A DNA stretch of 64,000 nucleotides from an uncultured Holosporaceae bacterium (lineage in GTDB: Bacteria; Pseudomonadota; Alphaproteobacteria; UBA3830; CASESI01). The notes under the pieces were generated by a model, which saw only the letters and a program-made list of their open reading frames with translations, was not told where the DNA came from and made no database searches. Location: NCBI GenBank assembly GCA_949290705.1, contig CASESI010000022.1:269024-333023 (forward strand), given 5' to 3'. The position numbers and the translations under genes were made by a program. Numbering within the stretch: position 1 is the stretch's first letter; each line of letters opens with the position of its first letter. Below, piece after piece: positions 34,308-44,231 of the stretch.

Positions 34308-34748
34308 ATGAAACTACTACGCAAAAATTTATTATATAAAAATGTTTTAAATGAAAAATTATTAACGATTAAACCATTAAATCCATCGGTTGAAAAATTG
34401 TTGAATGCGATTATGCCTGAATTCCTACAAAATAAAATCTCGGATCATGTCGCATCTCTGCAATGGGCTTCGCAAAGGGGATCTTTTCCAAATGCTATGC
34501 AACATTTCACGAAAGGTTTTGTTCATCGATCCATAATGCACGAATCCATAGGGATTAAATCCATAAGGGTTCAGCTATTTGGTGCACAACCTGTCCTCAC
34601 GTCTAAACTTGGCGTATGGAGGAAAATATTGGGATTTATTTCTCGTTTATCAATGCCAATAATTTCTTTGCGGCGTCTTGCTCGGCGATTTTTTTGTTAT
34701 GGCCCGATCCGACCGCGGAAAGCTTTAATTCCTCGGCTGATACTTTAA
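34308..34748 (+). CDS. Hypothetical protein overlapping rnc antisense
   Basis: AAGGAGG RBS before ATG; no recognisable domain; last 113 nt overlap rnc. Confidence 0.45.
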   Translation: MKLLRKNLLYKNVLNEKLLTIKPLNPSVEKLLNAIMPEFLQNKISDHVASLQWASQRGSFPNAMQHFTKGFVHRSIMHESIGIKSIRVQLFGAQPVLTSKLGVWRKILGFISRLSMPIISLRRLARRFFCYGPIRPRKALIPRLIL

Positions 34749-35289
34749 CTTCGAAATAATTTGTCATGCAAAGGGTATCCTCGTATTTTGGGATTTGCAT
34801 TCCTTTGTGCTGCAAATATTCTTGGAGGAGGTTTTTCGCATTTTTCCCGTCCGAGTCATTTACGCTGATCCATTGAAAAATTAAATCACGGATTGTATCG
34901 TAACATGAGTCAACAAAAATTGCACCGATGATTGCTTCCATTATGTCTGCGTATACTGCGACGGTTTTGCAATCATCAAAAAGCTCTATGTCATCCATGA
35001 TATGAAGGTTTGACATGGTGCTATAAAGGGCATCTTTGTTTGTAAGGTTTGTGTATCTTACTGCGATTTTTCCTTCGTCTTCAAGCGGAAAAGTATTCAA
35101 AAGCTTTTCCGTGATTGCAAGGCCAAGGACTTTGTCGCCAAGGAATTCTAGCCTTTCAAAGAATGCCACAGTTTGTTTAGAGATGTAACTTGGGTGTACA
35201 ATGGCCTGCTCAAGTAACGAAAGATTTTTAAAATTATAATTAATTTTATTTTGAAAATCTGAAACGCTTATTTTAAGGTGTTTGATCAT
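34636..35289 (-). CDS. rnc: Ribonuclease III
   Basis: ERLEFLGD, ADIMEAIIGAIF, dsRBD K..LQE...KK.AEQ.AA. Confidence 0.95.
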   Translation of the reverse strand: MIKHLKISVSDFQNKINYNFKNLSLLEQAIVHPSYISKQTVAFFERLEFLGDKVLGLAITEKLLNTFPLEDEGKIAVRYTNLTNKDALYSTMSNLHIMDDIELFDDCKTVAVYADIMEAIIGAIFVDSCYDTIRDLIFQWISVNDSDGKNAKNLLQEYLQHKGMQIPKYEDTLCMTNYFEVKVSAEELKLSAVGSGHNKKIAEQDAAKKLLALINEK

Positions 35290-35307
35290 GGTAATATAAG
35301 GTGTAGA

Positions 35308-36171
35308 TTATTCTACTATTTTAAATAACCTATTATACCTTATATTTTGTAACCATTTCCAGGGTTCATAGAATTTTATTCTGTTGCCCATGGAAAATAA
35401 TACCATAGTGACTTTTCCGATTATGTATCTTTTATGGATAAAGCCGACTTCTTCAAGGTTGCGGCAATCGTTTGAAAAGTCGCGGTTATCACCCATTCCA
35501 AAGTAATGATCCTTTGGCACATAATAAGGTGGGGTGTTTTGTTTAGAGATGATATAGTTTTTATAAGGAAGGCTGTTTAATTCGTCTTCTGTAAGCATGA
35601 TGATGTTATGGGATTTTCCTTCGCCTGGGAATTTCTCCTCAAAGACATTCATAAAGTGCACAAGGTCTGGATTTTCGTCGTTGTCGTAATCATATTCGCC
35701 GACGTATTTCCGGTCGATTCTTTGGTCGTTGATATAAATATCGCCATTGATGATTTGCACTTTGTCTCCAGGAAGGCCGACAATCCTCTTCACATAGTTG
35801 ATGCTTGGGTCGGTTGGAAGTCTGAAGACAAATATATCACCTCGTTTTGGACTTGACTCAAAAAATTTGATGTCACTTTTCAAATTCGGATAAATGAATT
35901 CCGAAAGCCACAAAGAGAAAGGCGAATACCCATAAGAGTATTTTTTTACCACTGGGATATCACCAACAAGTAAATTGTTGACCATTGATCCTGATGGGAT
36001 GATGAATATGTCGAATAGAAAACTTCGGATGGAAAAGATGATTAAGAATGCAACGAAGAACTCACGGAGAATTTTTTTCAGTGAGCGACCTTTTTTATAT
36101 TCGGAAAATACGATATAAAAAAATATTGCGGCTATAAATAAATAGTATCCATAATTGGGTTCTGTGTGCAT
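35308..36171 (-). CDS. lepB: Signal peptidase I
   Basis: IPSGSM, YVKRIVGLPGD, MGDNRD.S.D.R. Confidence 0.95.
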   Translation of the reverse strand: MHTEPNYGYYLFIAAIFFYIVFSEYKKGRSLKKILREFFVAFLIIFSIRSFLFDIFIIPSGSMVNNLLVGDIPVVKKYSYGYSPFSLWLSEFIYPNLKSDIKFFESSPKRGDIFVFRLPTDPSINYVKRIVGLPGDKVQIINGDIYINDQRIDRKYVGEYDYDNDENPDLVHFMNVFEEKFPGEGKSHNIIMLTEDELNSLPYKNYIISKQNTPPYYVPKDHYFGMGDNRDFSNDCRNLEEVGFIHKRYIIGKVTMVLFSMGNRIKFYEPWKWLQNIRYNRLFKIVE

Positions 36172-36173
36172 TT

Positions 36174-36572
36174 TTACTCCTTTTCAAATTCACCTTCTAT
36201 TACGACATTTGCAATTGCAAACGATGCATCGTCGGAAAGACTTAAGAAAATCTTAAAGTCTTTGTACCGCGAGGTGAGATGCTCTAAAGCTTTCCCGTGT
36301 AATTCAACTTTCGGGGAGGATTTTTCATGGCGTATAATTTCTATATCCTTGAAACTAATCCCTGATGAATACCCGGTTCCAAGAGCTTTTAAGCATGCCT
36401 CCTTTGCGGCAAATCTCGTTGCAAACTTTGCATATGCCAAGTTGCCATAGCTTGATGAATAGTTTATCTCATTAATTGTGAAGATTCTATTAAAAAACTT
36501 TGGCCCGTATTTTTTTATGGCATTTTTTATACGATCGATATTTACTATGTCGATGCCAATCCCTATAATCAT
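36174..36572 (-). CDS. acpS: Holo-[acyl-carrier-protein] synthase
   Basis: IIGIGIDIV, RFAAKEA..KALGTG, LSLSDD. Confidence 0.95.
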   Translation of the reverse strand: MIIGIGIDIVNIDRIKNAIKKYGPKFFNRIFTINEINYSSSYGNLAYAKFATRFAAKEACLKALGTGYSSGISFKDIEIIRHEKSSPKVELHGKALEHLTSRYKDFKIFLSLSDDASFAIANVVIEGEFEKE

Positions 36573-36587
36573 AATAGGGATAGGATA

Positions 36588-38657
36588 ATGGATTTTTTAT
36601 TTTCTGCAATATCAGATTTGAAGATTAATAAATATTTTACAGACAGAATTAAGAATTTGGTTGGCGGATCGCGGATTATAGACCTGCTTTTTCACCTACC
36701 ACGATATTTTCTCGAAAGAAAGAAAATAGAGCAAATTACTGAGGAGGATATTGGGAAAAATGTAATCCTTAAATTACGGGTTGTGGATCATATTCCACCG
36801 ATAAAAGGAAGGTACGGGAGAAAAACTCCATACCAGGTTGTCTGTATAAATGATAAACGTCAAAACGTTGTGTTAAGTTTTTTTAATTATAAGACTCCTC
36901 AGTATTTAAAAAAAATTCTGCCGATTAATTCATTAAAAATTATCAGCGGAAAGATTCAGAGATTCAACAATGATTTTGAAATCTCCCATCCGGAATACAT
37001 TGTCGAGCAAAATGAAGGCTATAAGATTCCGGAGTGTGAGCCTATATATTCCCTAACGGCCGGGATTACGAATGCCTTCTTGACAAGGCTGATAAGGTCT
37101 TTGTTTTCACGTATCCCAGAGGTCGATGAATGGTTTGACGCGAGGGGCGCCAAAATTTCGTGGCGTAACGCGGTTATCATGTGTCATACGAACCTTGATA
37201 ATGAGCTTGCCCGACAGAGGCTAGCGCTCGATGAAATTCTGTCGATAAAGCAAGCGTTGAATGATTTGCGTAGCACATACACGAAAGGGGAAAATATCTG
37301 TGTACGCAACTTTTTCGAGAACGGAGTTATAAAACAAATTAACTCGAAAGACAACATCGCCTCGGAAAAGTATTACTTTGATTATGATAAATTCACGAAA
37401 AATTTTGGTTTTAAATTTGAATTAACGAACGACCAAAAGTCAGCGATCACGGACATTATATCGGACCTTAACTCTGATAAAAAAATGTCCAGGTTGCTGC
37501 AGGGCGATGTTGGATCCGGTAAAACGATGGTTGCGTTTATCACCGCTATGTACAGTATTTTTAGCGGGAAGAATGTCGCGCTGCTCGCCCCAACGGAGAT
37601 GCTTGCAAAGCAGCATATGGAGGTATTTAAGAATTTACTTGCGAATTTTGAGGAAAAATTCTTGTGCGACATAAAACTTGATTTACTCGTCAGTAAAACT
37701 AAATCTAAGAGCGAATTATACAAACGCTTGAAGGCCGGAGAAGTGAATATTTTGATTGGAACGCATGCAATCATCGAGGAAAAAGTCGAGATCTCAAATC
37801 TTGGCTATGTGATAATTGACGAGCAACATAAATTTGGGGTCGAGCAGAGAGGGAAATTAAAAAATAAAAATCCCTTGGCGAATGTGCTCTATATGTCAGC
37901 CACGCCAATTCCAAGGACGTTGATGATGGTTTTGAACAACGATATGGATATTTCCTACATCAAGGAGAAACCGAAAAATCGAATTCCTGTCGAGACGGTC
38001 ATAATGCCGATTTCGAAAATAACGGATTTGATTTTAAGACTGAAAACTGTCCTTGTTGACGGAAACCGAGCTTTTTGGGTATGTCCGGCGATTGAGATGT
38101 CAGAGACTATGCCGATCACTTCTGTGACGGAACGGTTCGAGTATCTGAAAAATTTTTTCGGAGAAGATATAGCAATTGTCCACGGCAAAATGAAAGAGCA
38201 GGAAAGAGCTGAGATCATAGAGAAGTTTCGCAGTGATCAGGTGAAAATTTTGATCGCTACAACCGTGATTGAGGTTGGGATAGATGTCCCGGACGCGAAT
38301 GTCATCGTGATTGAAAACGCTGAGCGGTTCGGGTTGTCACAGCTGCATCAACTTCGCGGAAGAGTTGGACGCGGAAGCAAAAAATCCTTTTGCGTTTTGC
38401 TCTATTCTTCGAAGTTAACGTGCGATGCGCAGAAACGCCTGGCCGTGATGAAGGAATCTTCAGATGGATTTCGGATCGCTGAAAAAGATCTTGAAATTCG
38501 CGGGTATGGAGATTACGTCGGAACGCGCCAGACCGGGCTCCCTTTGTTTCGGGTTACCGACCCATTCAAAGACCAAGAGCTTTTCTCGATCGCCAGCAAA
38601 ATGAAAATAAAAAAGAATAAAGATTTACTTTACAAAATCTACAAAAGAGAAATTTAA
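36588..38657 (+). CDS. recG: ATP-dependent DNA helicase RecG
   Basis: [37 protein letters not shown]. Confidence 0.96.
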   Translation: MDFLFSAISDLKINKYFTDRIKNLVGGSRIIDLLFHLPRYFLERKKIEQITEEDIGKNVILKLRVVDHIPPIKGRYGRKTPYQVVCINDKRQNVVLSFFNYKTPQYLKKILPINSLKIISGKIQRFNNDFEISHPEYIVEQNEGYKIPECEPIYSLTAGITNAFLTRLIRSLFSRIPEVDEWFDARGAKISWRNAVIMCHTNLDNELARQRLALDEILSIKQALNDLRSTYTKGENICVRNFFENGVIKQINSKDNIASEKYYFDYDKFTKNFGFKFELTNDQKSAITDIISDLNSDKKMSRLLQGDVGSGKTMVAFITAMYSIFSGKNVALLAPTEMLAKQHMEVFKNLLANFEEKFLCDIKLDLLVSKTKSKSELYKRLKAGEVNILIGTHAIIEEKVEISNLGYVIIDEQHKFGVEQRGKLKNKNPLANVLYMSATPIPRTLMMVLNNDMDISYIKEKPKNRIPVETVIMPISKITDLILRLKTVLVDGNRAFWVCPAIEMSETMPITSVTERFEYLKNFFGEDIAIVHGKMKEQERAEIIEKFRSDQVKILIATTVIEVGIDVPDANVIVIENAERFGLSQLHQLRGRVGRGSKKSFCVLLYSSKLTCDAQKRLAVMKESSDGFRIAEKDLEIRGYGDYVGTRQTGLPLFRVTDPFKDQELFSIASKMKIKKNKDLLYKIYKREI

Positions 38658-39727
38658 TTCTCTTCCGTTGGATTTGTTGGGATGCTTTGTTGTTGTGGAG
38701 CAGGTTGGATTTTCAGCCCGCTTACATCCGTATTTCTTTTGATGTGGTGTTTTTCAAGAACAGCCGCCTCGATTTCTTGCATGACAGGTTTATTGTTTTT
38801 CAAGAAATCCCTTGCGTTCTCTCTGCCCTGGCCGATTTTTTGGCCTTTGTAAGAGTACCAAGCGCCGGCTTTCTCGATGATCCCAGCTTCGGCCGCAAGA
38901 TCCAAAACTTCACCTTCATGGGAAATTCCCTCGCCGTAGATGATGTCGAAATCAGCGGTTCTGAAAGGTGGAGCAACTTTGTTCTTCACGACTTTCAACC
39001 TTGTCTGGCTTCCGATGATGTCGTCCTTGTCCTTCAAGGTTGCGGTTTTCCTGATGTCAAGCCTTATGGATGCGTAGAATTTCAAAGCGTTTCCGCCGGT
39101 GGTTGTTTCAGGGTTTCCAAACATGACGCCGATCTTCATACGGATTTGGTTGATGAAAATCAAAACGGTGTTGGATTTGGAAACGGTGGCCGTCAATTTA
39201 CGAAGTGCTTGGCTCATCAATCTTGCTTGAAGGCCCATGTGTGAGTCGCCCATGTCGCCGTCAAGTTCAGCCTTTGGGACGAGTGCAGCAACGCTGTCCA
39301 CGATGAGCACATCGATTGCGCCGGATCGTACGAGAGTATCGGCAATCTCGAGAGCTTGTTCCCCGGAATCAGGTTGAGAGATCAATAAGCTGTCCACATC
39401 AACACCGAGGTTGTGTGCATATACAGGATCGAGGGCATGTTCAGCATCGATGAATGCGCACACACCGCCGATCTTTTGTGCCTCTGCAATAACGTGCAAT
39501 GTGAAGGTTGTTTTACCAGAGCTTTCAGGGCCGAAAATTTCGATTATCCTACCGCGTGGGAGACCGCCAATTCCAAGTGCAATGTCAGCACCAAGGGATC
39601 CGGTTGGAATTACACTAAGCCCGGATGTGCATTCTTCGCTTCCCATTTTCATGATGGAGCCTTTTCCAAATGATTTCTCAATTTGGCTTAGTGCGGCATC
39701 AAGGGCTTTTTGTTTGTCAATGTTCAT
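38654..39727 (-). CDS. recA: Recombinase A
   Basis: [37 protein letters not shown]. Confidence 0.98.
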   Translation of the reverse strand: MNIDKQKALDAALSQIEKSFGKGSIMKMGSEECTSGLSVIPTGSLGADIALGIGGLPRGRIIEIFGPESSGKTTFTLHVIAEAQKIGGVCAFIDAEHALDPVYAHNLGVDVDSLLISQPDSGEQALEIADTLVRSGAIDVLIVDSVAALVPKAELDGDMGDSHMGLQARLMSQALRKLTATVSKSNTVLIFINQIRMKIGVMFGNPETTTGGNALKFYASIRLDIRKTATLKDKDDIIGSQTRLKVVKNKVAPPFRTADFDIIYGEGISHEGEVLDLAAEAGIIEKAGAWYSYKGQKIGQGRENARDFLKNNKPVMQEIEAAVLEKHHIKRNTDVSGLKIQPAPQQQSIPTNPTEEN

Positions 39728-39783
39728 AAAATTCACCTTTTAAACGAAACCAGTTTATCTTGAATATATTTTTTTATCAAATA

Positions 39784-40530
39784 TTATTTTTCCTCTATTA
39801 AAATTGCAGCACGTCTGTTAACAGGATCGAGTGGTTTTTCCTTGATAAGGGGTTTTTTATCCGACATTCCGATGACACCATTAAAATTATCATCAGGCAC
39901 ACCAAACGTACCAAGTAACCTCCTTACGGTGTTTGCCCTGTTTGCGGACAATTCCCAATTGCCAAATCCAGTTTTTCCCCAAAATGGAGTGCTGTCAGTG
40001 TGGCCGTATATTTTCATTTTGGCATTAAGTTTTTGCAACAAATTTGCGAGATATTTTATTAATTTAGATCCGGTTGGAGTCAGCACGGAAGTACCTTTTT
40101 CAAATATTTCTTTGTTGTTTTTCCCGGTGATGTTGATAAGGATTCCTTCAGGGGTTTTTTCGACCATAATATTATCCTTAAATTCCGCCAGGTCATTATC
40201 CTCATCCAAAATTTTATTTACTTGCTCCTTTACTATATCGTATGTGGCACGGTTTAAATTAAGGATATCCCAGCCTTCCTTTTTCTGCTGTTGTTGCAAG
40301 ATAGAGTTGGTTGCATCAAGTTTCACAACATTATCAACAGGGGCAAAGTAGCTTGCGATTCCAGCTTTTTGTTCATCAGATGCGATGCTTAACAACCACA
40401 TTAGCAAAAAGAAAGCCATCATAGCCGTCATGAAGTCAGCATACGCAACCTTCCACGCACCATGACTTCCCCCATGAACTTCTTCACCTTTTTTCTTTTT
40501 TATAATTATGGGTTGTTTTTCATCTGGCAT
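39784..40530 (-). CDS. motB: Flagellar motor stator protein MotB
   Basis: HGAWKVAYADFMTAMMAFFLLMWL, GHTD, NWELSANRA, NRR. Confidence 0.95.
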   Translation of the reverse strand: MPDEKQPIIIKKKKGEEVHGGSHGAWKVAYADFMTAMMAFFLLMWLLSIASDEQKAGIASYFAPVDNVVKLDATNSILQQQQKKEGWDILNLNRATYDIVKEQVNKILDEDNDLAEFKDNIMVEKTPEGILINITGKNNKEIFEKGTSVLTPTGSKLIKYLANLLQKLNAKMKIYGHTDSTPFWGKTGFGNWELSANRANTVRRLLGTFGVPDDNFNGVIGMSDKKPLIKEKPLDPVNRRAAILIEEK

Positions 40531-40548
40531 GCTACTTACCTAAGGCTG

Positions 40549-41460
40549 TTATTTAATATCGTCTTCCGTTGCCGAAGAGAGTTTTTTATTTTTGATTATC
40601 ACTTGAGAGTTAGTTCCCATATCATCAGAGGTTGAGGGATGGGATTTTTGTTCTATCTCAACCTTTGGCTGTATATCAGATGCTTTCTTTTTATTCAAAG
40701 CAGCCTGAAAATGATTATTGAATAAAGCAACAACTTTGGCATTGTCTATGTTTCCAGATTTTTCATCCAAAACGATCTTGCCATTGCTTAAAATTATTAC
40801 CCTGTTGCAGATTTTGTTTATCAAATAAGGATTATCAGTTGTTATCAAGGTTGTAAATTTGTGAGAATCGCAGATTTTTGTTAATATCGGAAAAACATGC
40901 TCTATATCACTGCCATCAATTTCAGAAAAAACATCATCGATGAGTAAAATTTTTGGTTGTTTTATGAGGCCGATCATTAAAATCAGGATATGCTTATAAA
41001 AATTTGGTAATTCAGATATTTTTCTGTCAGCGATCTCGTCTACGTTTATGCCGAGGTTTAAAGATTTGATCGTATCAATAATTTCGAGTTTTCTTGTTTT
41101 GTTCATGCCGAAAAAAGGAGAAATCCGATTGTCATGCATAGTATAAAGATATATATTTTCTATAAAGGTAAAATTATCAATAATGAAGTCGCTTAATTTC
41201 CCACTTATAAGTGTTATTGTTTTGAAGATTTCCTCACGTGAAAATTCAACGATGTTGTGATTATCGATCTTTGTTGTTCCAACTAATGGTGTAATTTCAG
41301 ATGTGAGAATTTTCAAAAGAGAGGTTTTTCCACTTCCGTTATTTCCGGCCAGCAATACGCTTTCTCCAGCTTGGATTGATAGATTAATATTGTTCAATAT
41401 AATCTTTTCGTCGATTTTTGTATTTTTGCAGGAAAAAAATACATTGTTGATCTCTATCAT
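40549..41460 (-). CDS. ABC transporter ATP-binding-like protein with degenerate catalytic motifs
   Basis: Walker A GNNGSGKT intact; signature reads LPNFY, Walker B LLIDD, H-switch ITTD. Confidence 0.8.
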   Translation of the reverse strand: MIEINNVFFSCKNTKIDEKIILNNINLSIQAGESVLLAGNNGSGKTSLLKILTSEITPLVGTTKIDNHNIVEFSREEIFKTITLISGKLSDFIIDNFTFIENIYLYTMHDNRISPFFGMNKTRKLEIIDTIKSLNLGINVDEIADRKISELPNFYKHILILMIGLIKQPKILLIDDVFSEIDGSDIEHVFPILTKICDSHKFTTLITTDNPYLINKICNRVIILSNGKIVLDEKSGNIDNAKVVALFNNHFQAALNKKKASDIQPKVEIEQKSHPSTSDDMGTNSQVIIKNKKLSSATEDDIK

Positions 41461-41473
41461 AATTGCTCCATTA

Positions 41474-42334
41474 TTATTTTTTTACTATCCTAGCGTACAT
41501 ATTTTTTGTCACGATTCTGAAATCTTTCAATGCAAACAACATTATTATCATTATTGCAGTTACCAGACTTTGTAATTCTGTATCCAAAGATAATGCCTGT
41601 TCATGAGTTACAAGGTCAAGGATTGCTTTGTATATTATTGTTCCGATAAGACATCCAAAAATTCCGCGTAAAAATGTTTTTGATCTTATAATATTTTCTC
41701 CAATAATCAGCGCAATAATTCCACTGACAAGCGAACCATTTCCAATTAAAGTTGTTACAGAACTTTGTGTTTGTATAAATAATGCTCCTGCAACAGCGAT
41801 AATTCCATTGGTTAATATGATTGCGCAATAAATAATGTTTTCTGATTTTAAATGCATAGAGGATATGACTTTCGGTTGAATTGCGTATGCCTTTAAAAGG
41901 GTGCCATATTCCGATCGCAATACTGTGTATATTAGAAAAAGGAATATAGCGACAATTATCGTCATGTAATATATTGAAGAAAATAACATAGGAGAACGAT
42001 CAAATGTCATAGTTTTTTGGCTATGTAATATTAAATAATTTATTGAACCAAGAGCGGTCAGAGAGATAATTCCTGCCAGTAATCCGTCAATTTTTATCCT
42101 GTTTATCATGAATGATGTCACAAGTCCAGCAGCACAACCGAGCATGAATACAATTGTAAGTGAAAACATTTCTGGGATGTTATATCCAAAAAGTGTCACA
42201 AACGCACATGCACCAAGGGAAAAGCTACCATCACATGTCATGTCTGCAAGGGATAAAAAGTTTAAACAAATATAAATACTTACTGTCACCAGAAATGCTG
42301 GCAACAGAGAGGCAAAAAATAATTCTCCAAACAT
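41474..42334 (-). CDS. ABC transporter permease (putative aromatic amino acid uptake family)
   Basis: Multi-TM; DMTCDGSFSLGA resembles DLTVDGSF.LG; LLAGII; adjacent ATPase-like gene. Confidence 0.75.
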   Translation of the reverse strand: MFGELFFASLLPAFLVTVSIYICLNFLSLADMTCDGSFSLGACAFVTLFGYNIPEMFSLTIVFMLGCAAGLVTSFMINRIKIDGLLAGIISLTALGSINYLILHSQKTMTFDRSPMLFSSIYYMTIIVAIFLFLIYTVLRSEYGTLLKAYAIQPKVISSMHLKSENIIYCAIILTNGIIAVAGALFIQTQSSVTTLIGNGSLVSGIIALIIGENIIRSKTFLRGIFGCLIGTIIYKAILDLVTHEQALSLDTELQSLVTAIMIIMLFALKDFRIVTKNMYARIVKK

Positions 42335-42359
42335 AGCTCTATTCCTTTATTACAAAAAA

Positions 42360-43418
42360 TTAGCAGAACATTTCGACTTCATCGATAGTATTTCTCTTAT
42401 TGATGAATTCATAATTTTCTGCAAGCCATTTATCAGCAGTTTTTCTACCTTCTTCAAACAAGTGTTGTACGAAATCCCATTCAGAATTCAACTTAGAAGA
42501 CCATCCTAAATCTTGGAATGTTTCCTCATTCTCAATGTTGTGAACGAAAACTCTCTTGTATTTATTAGGATCAAGATCTTTCTTGTCGATCAAGTCAGAA
42601 ATAAACTTAATAGCTCTCATCTCTTTTAACAATGATGCATTGTTCGTGATTTCGTTAAGCCTGTCTGAAATTGCAACAGCAGATGTAGGCAATGTTTTTC
42701 TGTGTGTTGGGTTCAATTTCAAGATAATAATATCAGGTGTTGAGCAATTATAAATCAAAGGATACATCACAGGGTTTGCGATAAATCCACCATCCCAATA
42801 ATATTCACCTTTAACCATTGCAGCATGGAAAACAGTAGGTAAACATGCAGTTGCCATCAAAGAATCAGCATCAACATCTTTATTGCCGAAGACTTTGATT
42901 TTTCCGGTATAGACGTGAGTTGCAGCCAAGAAAATTTTATATTGTTCAGATTTTTGTATTTTCTCGAAATCAAATACTTCTTCAACAATTTCTTTTAATG
43001 GGTTAATGTTGAAAGGGTTTGATTGATAAGGAGACATCAATTTGCTCATGAAATCGAACATCAAAAATTCAGGTGAGTTATACATTGTGTACTTTCCAAG
43101 CCACCTATCAATGATTCCTCTGTGGATTCCAGATGCTTTTGATTTATCACACATTGTTTTCCAATAGTGATGTAATAATTTACGGGCACCTTCATTTCCA
43201 CCCTCGATGAGACCTTGAATTGTTGCAACGGCGTTCATTCCGCCAGCACTTGTTCCAGTTACACCTTCGATCAAGATTCTTCCATCTTCCAGTAATCTAT
43301 CGAGTACGCCCCAAGAGAAAGCACCATGTGCGCCTCCACCTTGCATAGCTATAGATACAACTTTTTTTCCAGCAGGATTTACATGTTGTTTTGTATTTTG
43401 ATTAATTGTAGGTACCAT
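42360..43418 (-). CDS. Patatin-like phospholipase/esterase
   Basis: QGGGAHGAF, GTSAG nucleophile elbow, YWDGG. Confidence 0.92.
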   Translation of the reverse strand: MVPTINQNTKQHVNPAGKKVVSIAMQGGGAHGAFSWGVLDRLLEDGRILIEGVTGTSAGGMNAVATIQGLIEGGNEGARKLLHHYWKTMCDKSKASGIHRGIIDRWLGKYTMYNSPEFLMFDFMSKLMSPYQSNPFNINPLKEIVEEVFDFEKIQKSEQYKIFLAATHVYTGKIKVFGNKDVDADSLMATACLPTVFHAAMVKGEYYWDGGFIANPVMYPLIYNCSTPDIIILKLNPTHRKTLPTSAVAISDRLNEITNNASLLKEMRAIKFISDLIDKKDLDPNKYKRVFVHNIENEETFQDLGWSSKLNSEWDFVQHLFEEGRKTADKWLAENYEFINKRNTIDEVEMFC

Positions 43419-43449
43419 AATTTTCTCCTTTTAAAAATAAGTTATAAAG

Positions 43450-43782
43450 TCATAATTTCATTGCTTCTCCAACCGTTGAAGAAATAGTAAGTATCTTCGA
43501 AAAACCGCTTGATTCGAAAACTTTTTGAACATTTTGATTCATAGAAGAAATTATCATGCGCATAGAGTTTTCTTTTTGCCTCTTGTCAAGTACCAATAGT
43601 ACACGCAATCCAGCACTTGAGATATATTCAATTTGTCCCAAGTCAATGATTAGATGATATTTTTTATCTGGAAATGAGTTAACTATATTATTTACTTCTT
43701 CACCAAATGCATTGGAATTAGACGAATCAATTCTACCGTTGGGTGCCGCGATTATAAAATCCCCTTTGTTTTCGAAATGCAT
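43450..43782 (-). CDS. STAS-domain anti-sigma factor antagonist
   Basis: GRIDSSN, IDL..IEYISSAGLRVLL (phospho-Ser site), VF..SGF. Confidence 0.9.
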   Translation of the reverse strand: MHFENKGDFIIAAPNGRIDSSNSNAFGEEVNNIVNSFPDKKYHLIIDLGQIEYISSAGLRVLLVLDKRQKENSMRMIISSMNQNVQKVFESSGFSKILTISSTVGEAMKL

Positions 43783-43800
43783 ATTTTTCTCCGCACTATA

Positions 43801-44193
43801 TTAGATGATATCACCTAAAGGTAAAAAAAATGTTAATATGTTGCAATTTTTACGATGTTTATAAAAAATTTTTTTGGCAAAAGATTTGATTATTGGAATT
43901 CCAACTTTTCCAGAAAGATTTGGTAATGGTGGATTTTGATACTTTAAGATGTCAAAGTATCTTCCATGATATGTGATCTGTAGTTCAACAGATTCCTTAT
44001 ATTTTTCAACTGATATAACTATTGTTTCGCGAGATTGTTGTGTTCCAGAGTATTTGAGAATATTTGAAAAAACTTCATCTAATATAAGGTTTATATCGGA
44101 TGAAATAACAATGTCTTTATTGGAACAAAATTTTTTAATCTTTTCATAAATTTTATTTAATTCTGAATATTTTCTTGAGGCATGTATTATCAT
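43801..44193 (-). CDS. RsbW/SpoIIAB-like anti-sigma factor (degenerate)
   Basis: LILDEVFSNILKY N-box; YHGRYFD and GKVGIPII at G-box positions; adjacent STAS gene. Confidence 0.7.
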   Translation of the reverse strand: MIIHASRKYSELNKIYEKIKKFCSNKDIVISSDINLILDEVFSNILKYSGTQQSRETIVISVEKYKESVELQITYHGRYFDILKYQNPPLPNLSGKVGIPIIKSFAKKIFYKHRKNCNILTFFLPLGDII

Positions 44194-44216
44194 ACCAGAA
44201 GTTTAGTGCAATTAGT

Positions 44217-44231
44217 TTAATAAAAGCTTAA
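44217..44231. promoter_or_regulatory. Candidate CtrA box upstream of the anti-sigma/STAS/patatin cluster
   Basis: TTAA-TAAAAGC-TTAA. Confidence 0.35.

Noticed and set aside
34529-34565. ATCCATA triple repeat as CRISPR or iteron array
   Set aside because: Only 7 bp, irregular short spacing, no cas or rep genes
39728-39783. LexA box upstream of recA
   Set aside because: No alphaproteobacterial GTTC-N7-GTTC/GAAC-N7-GAAC motif visible
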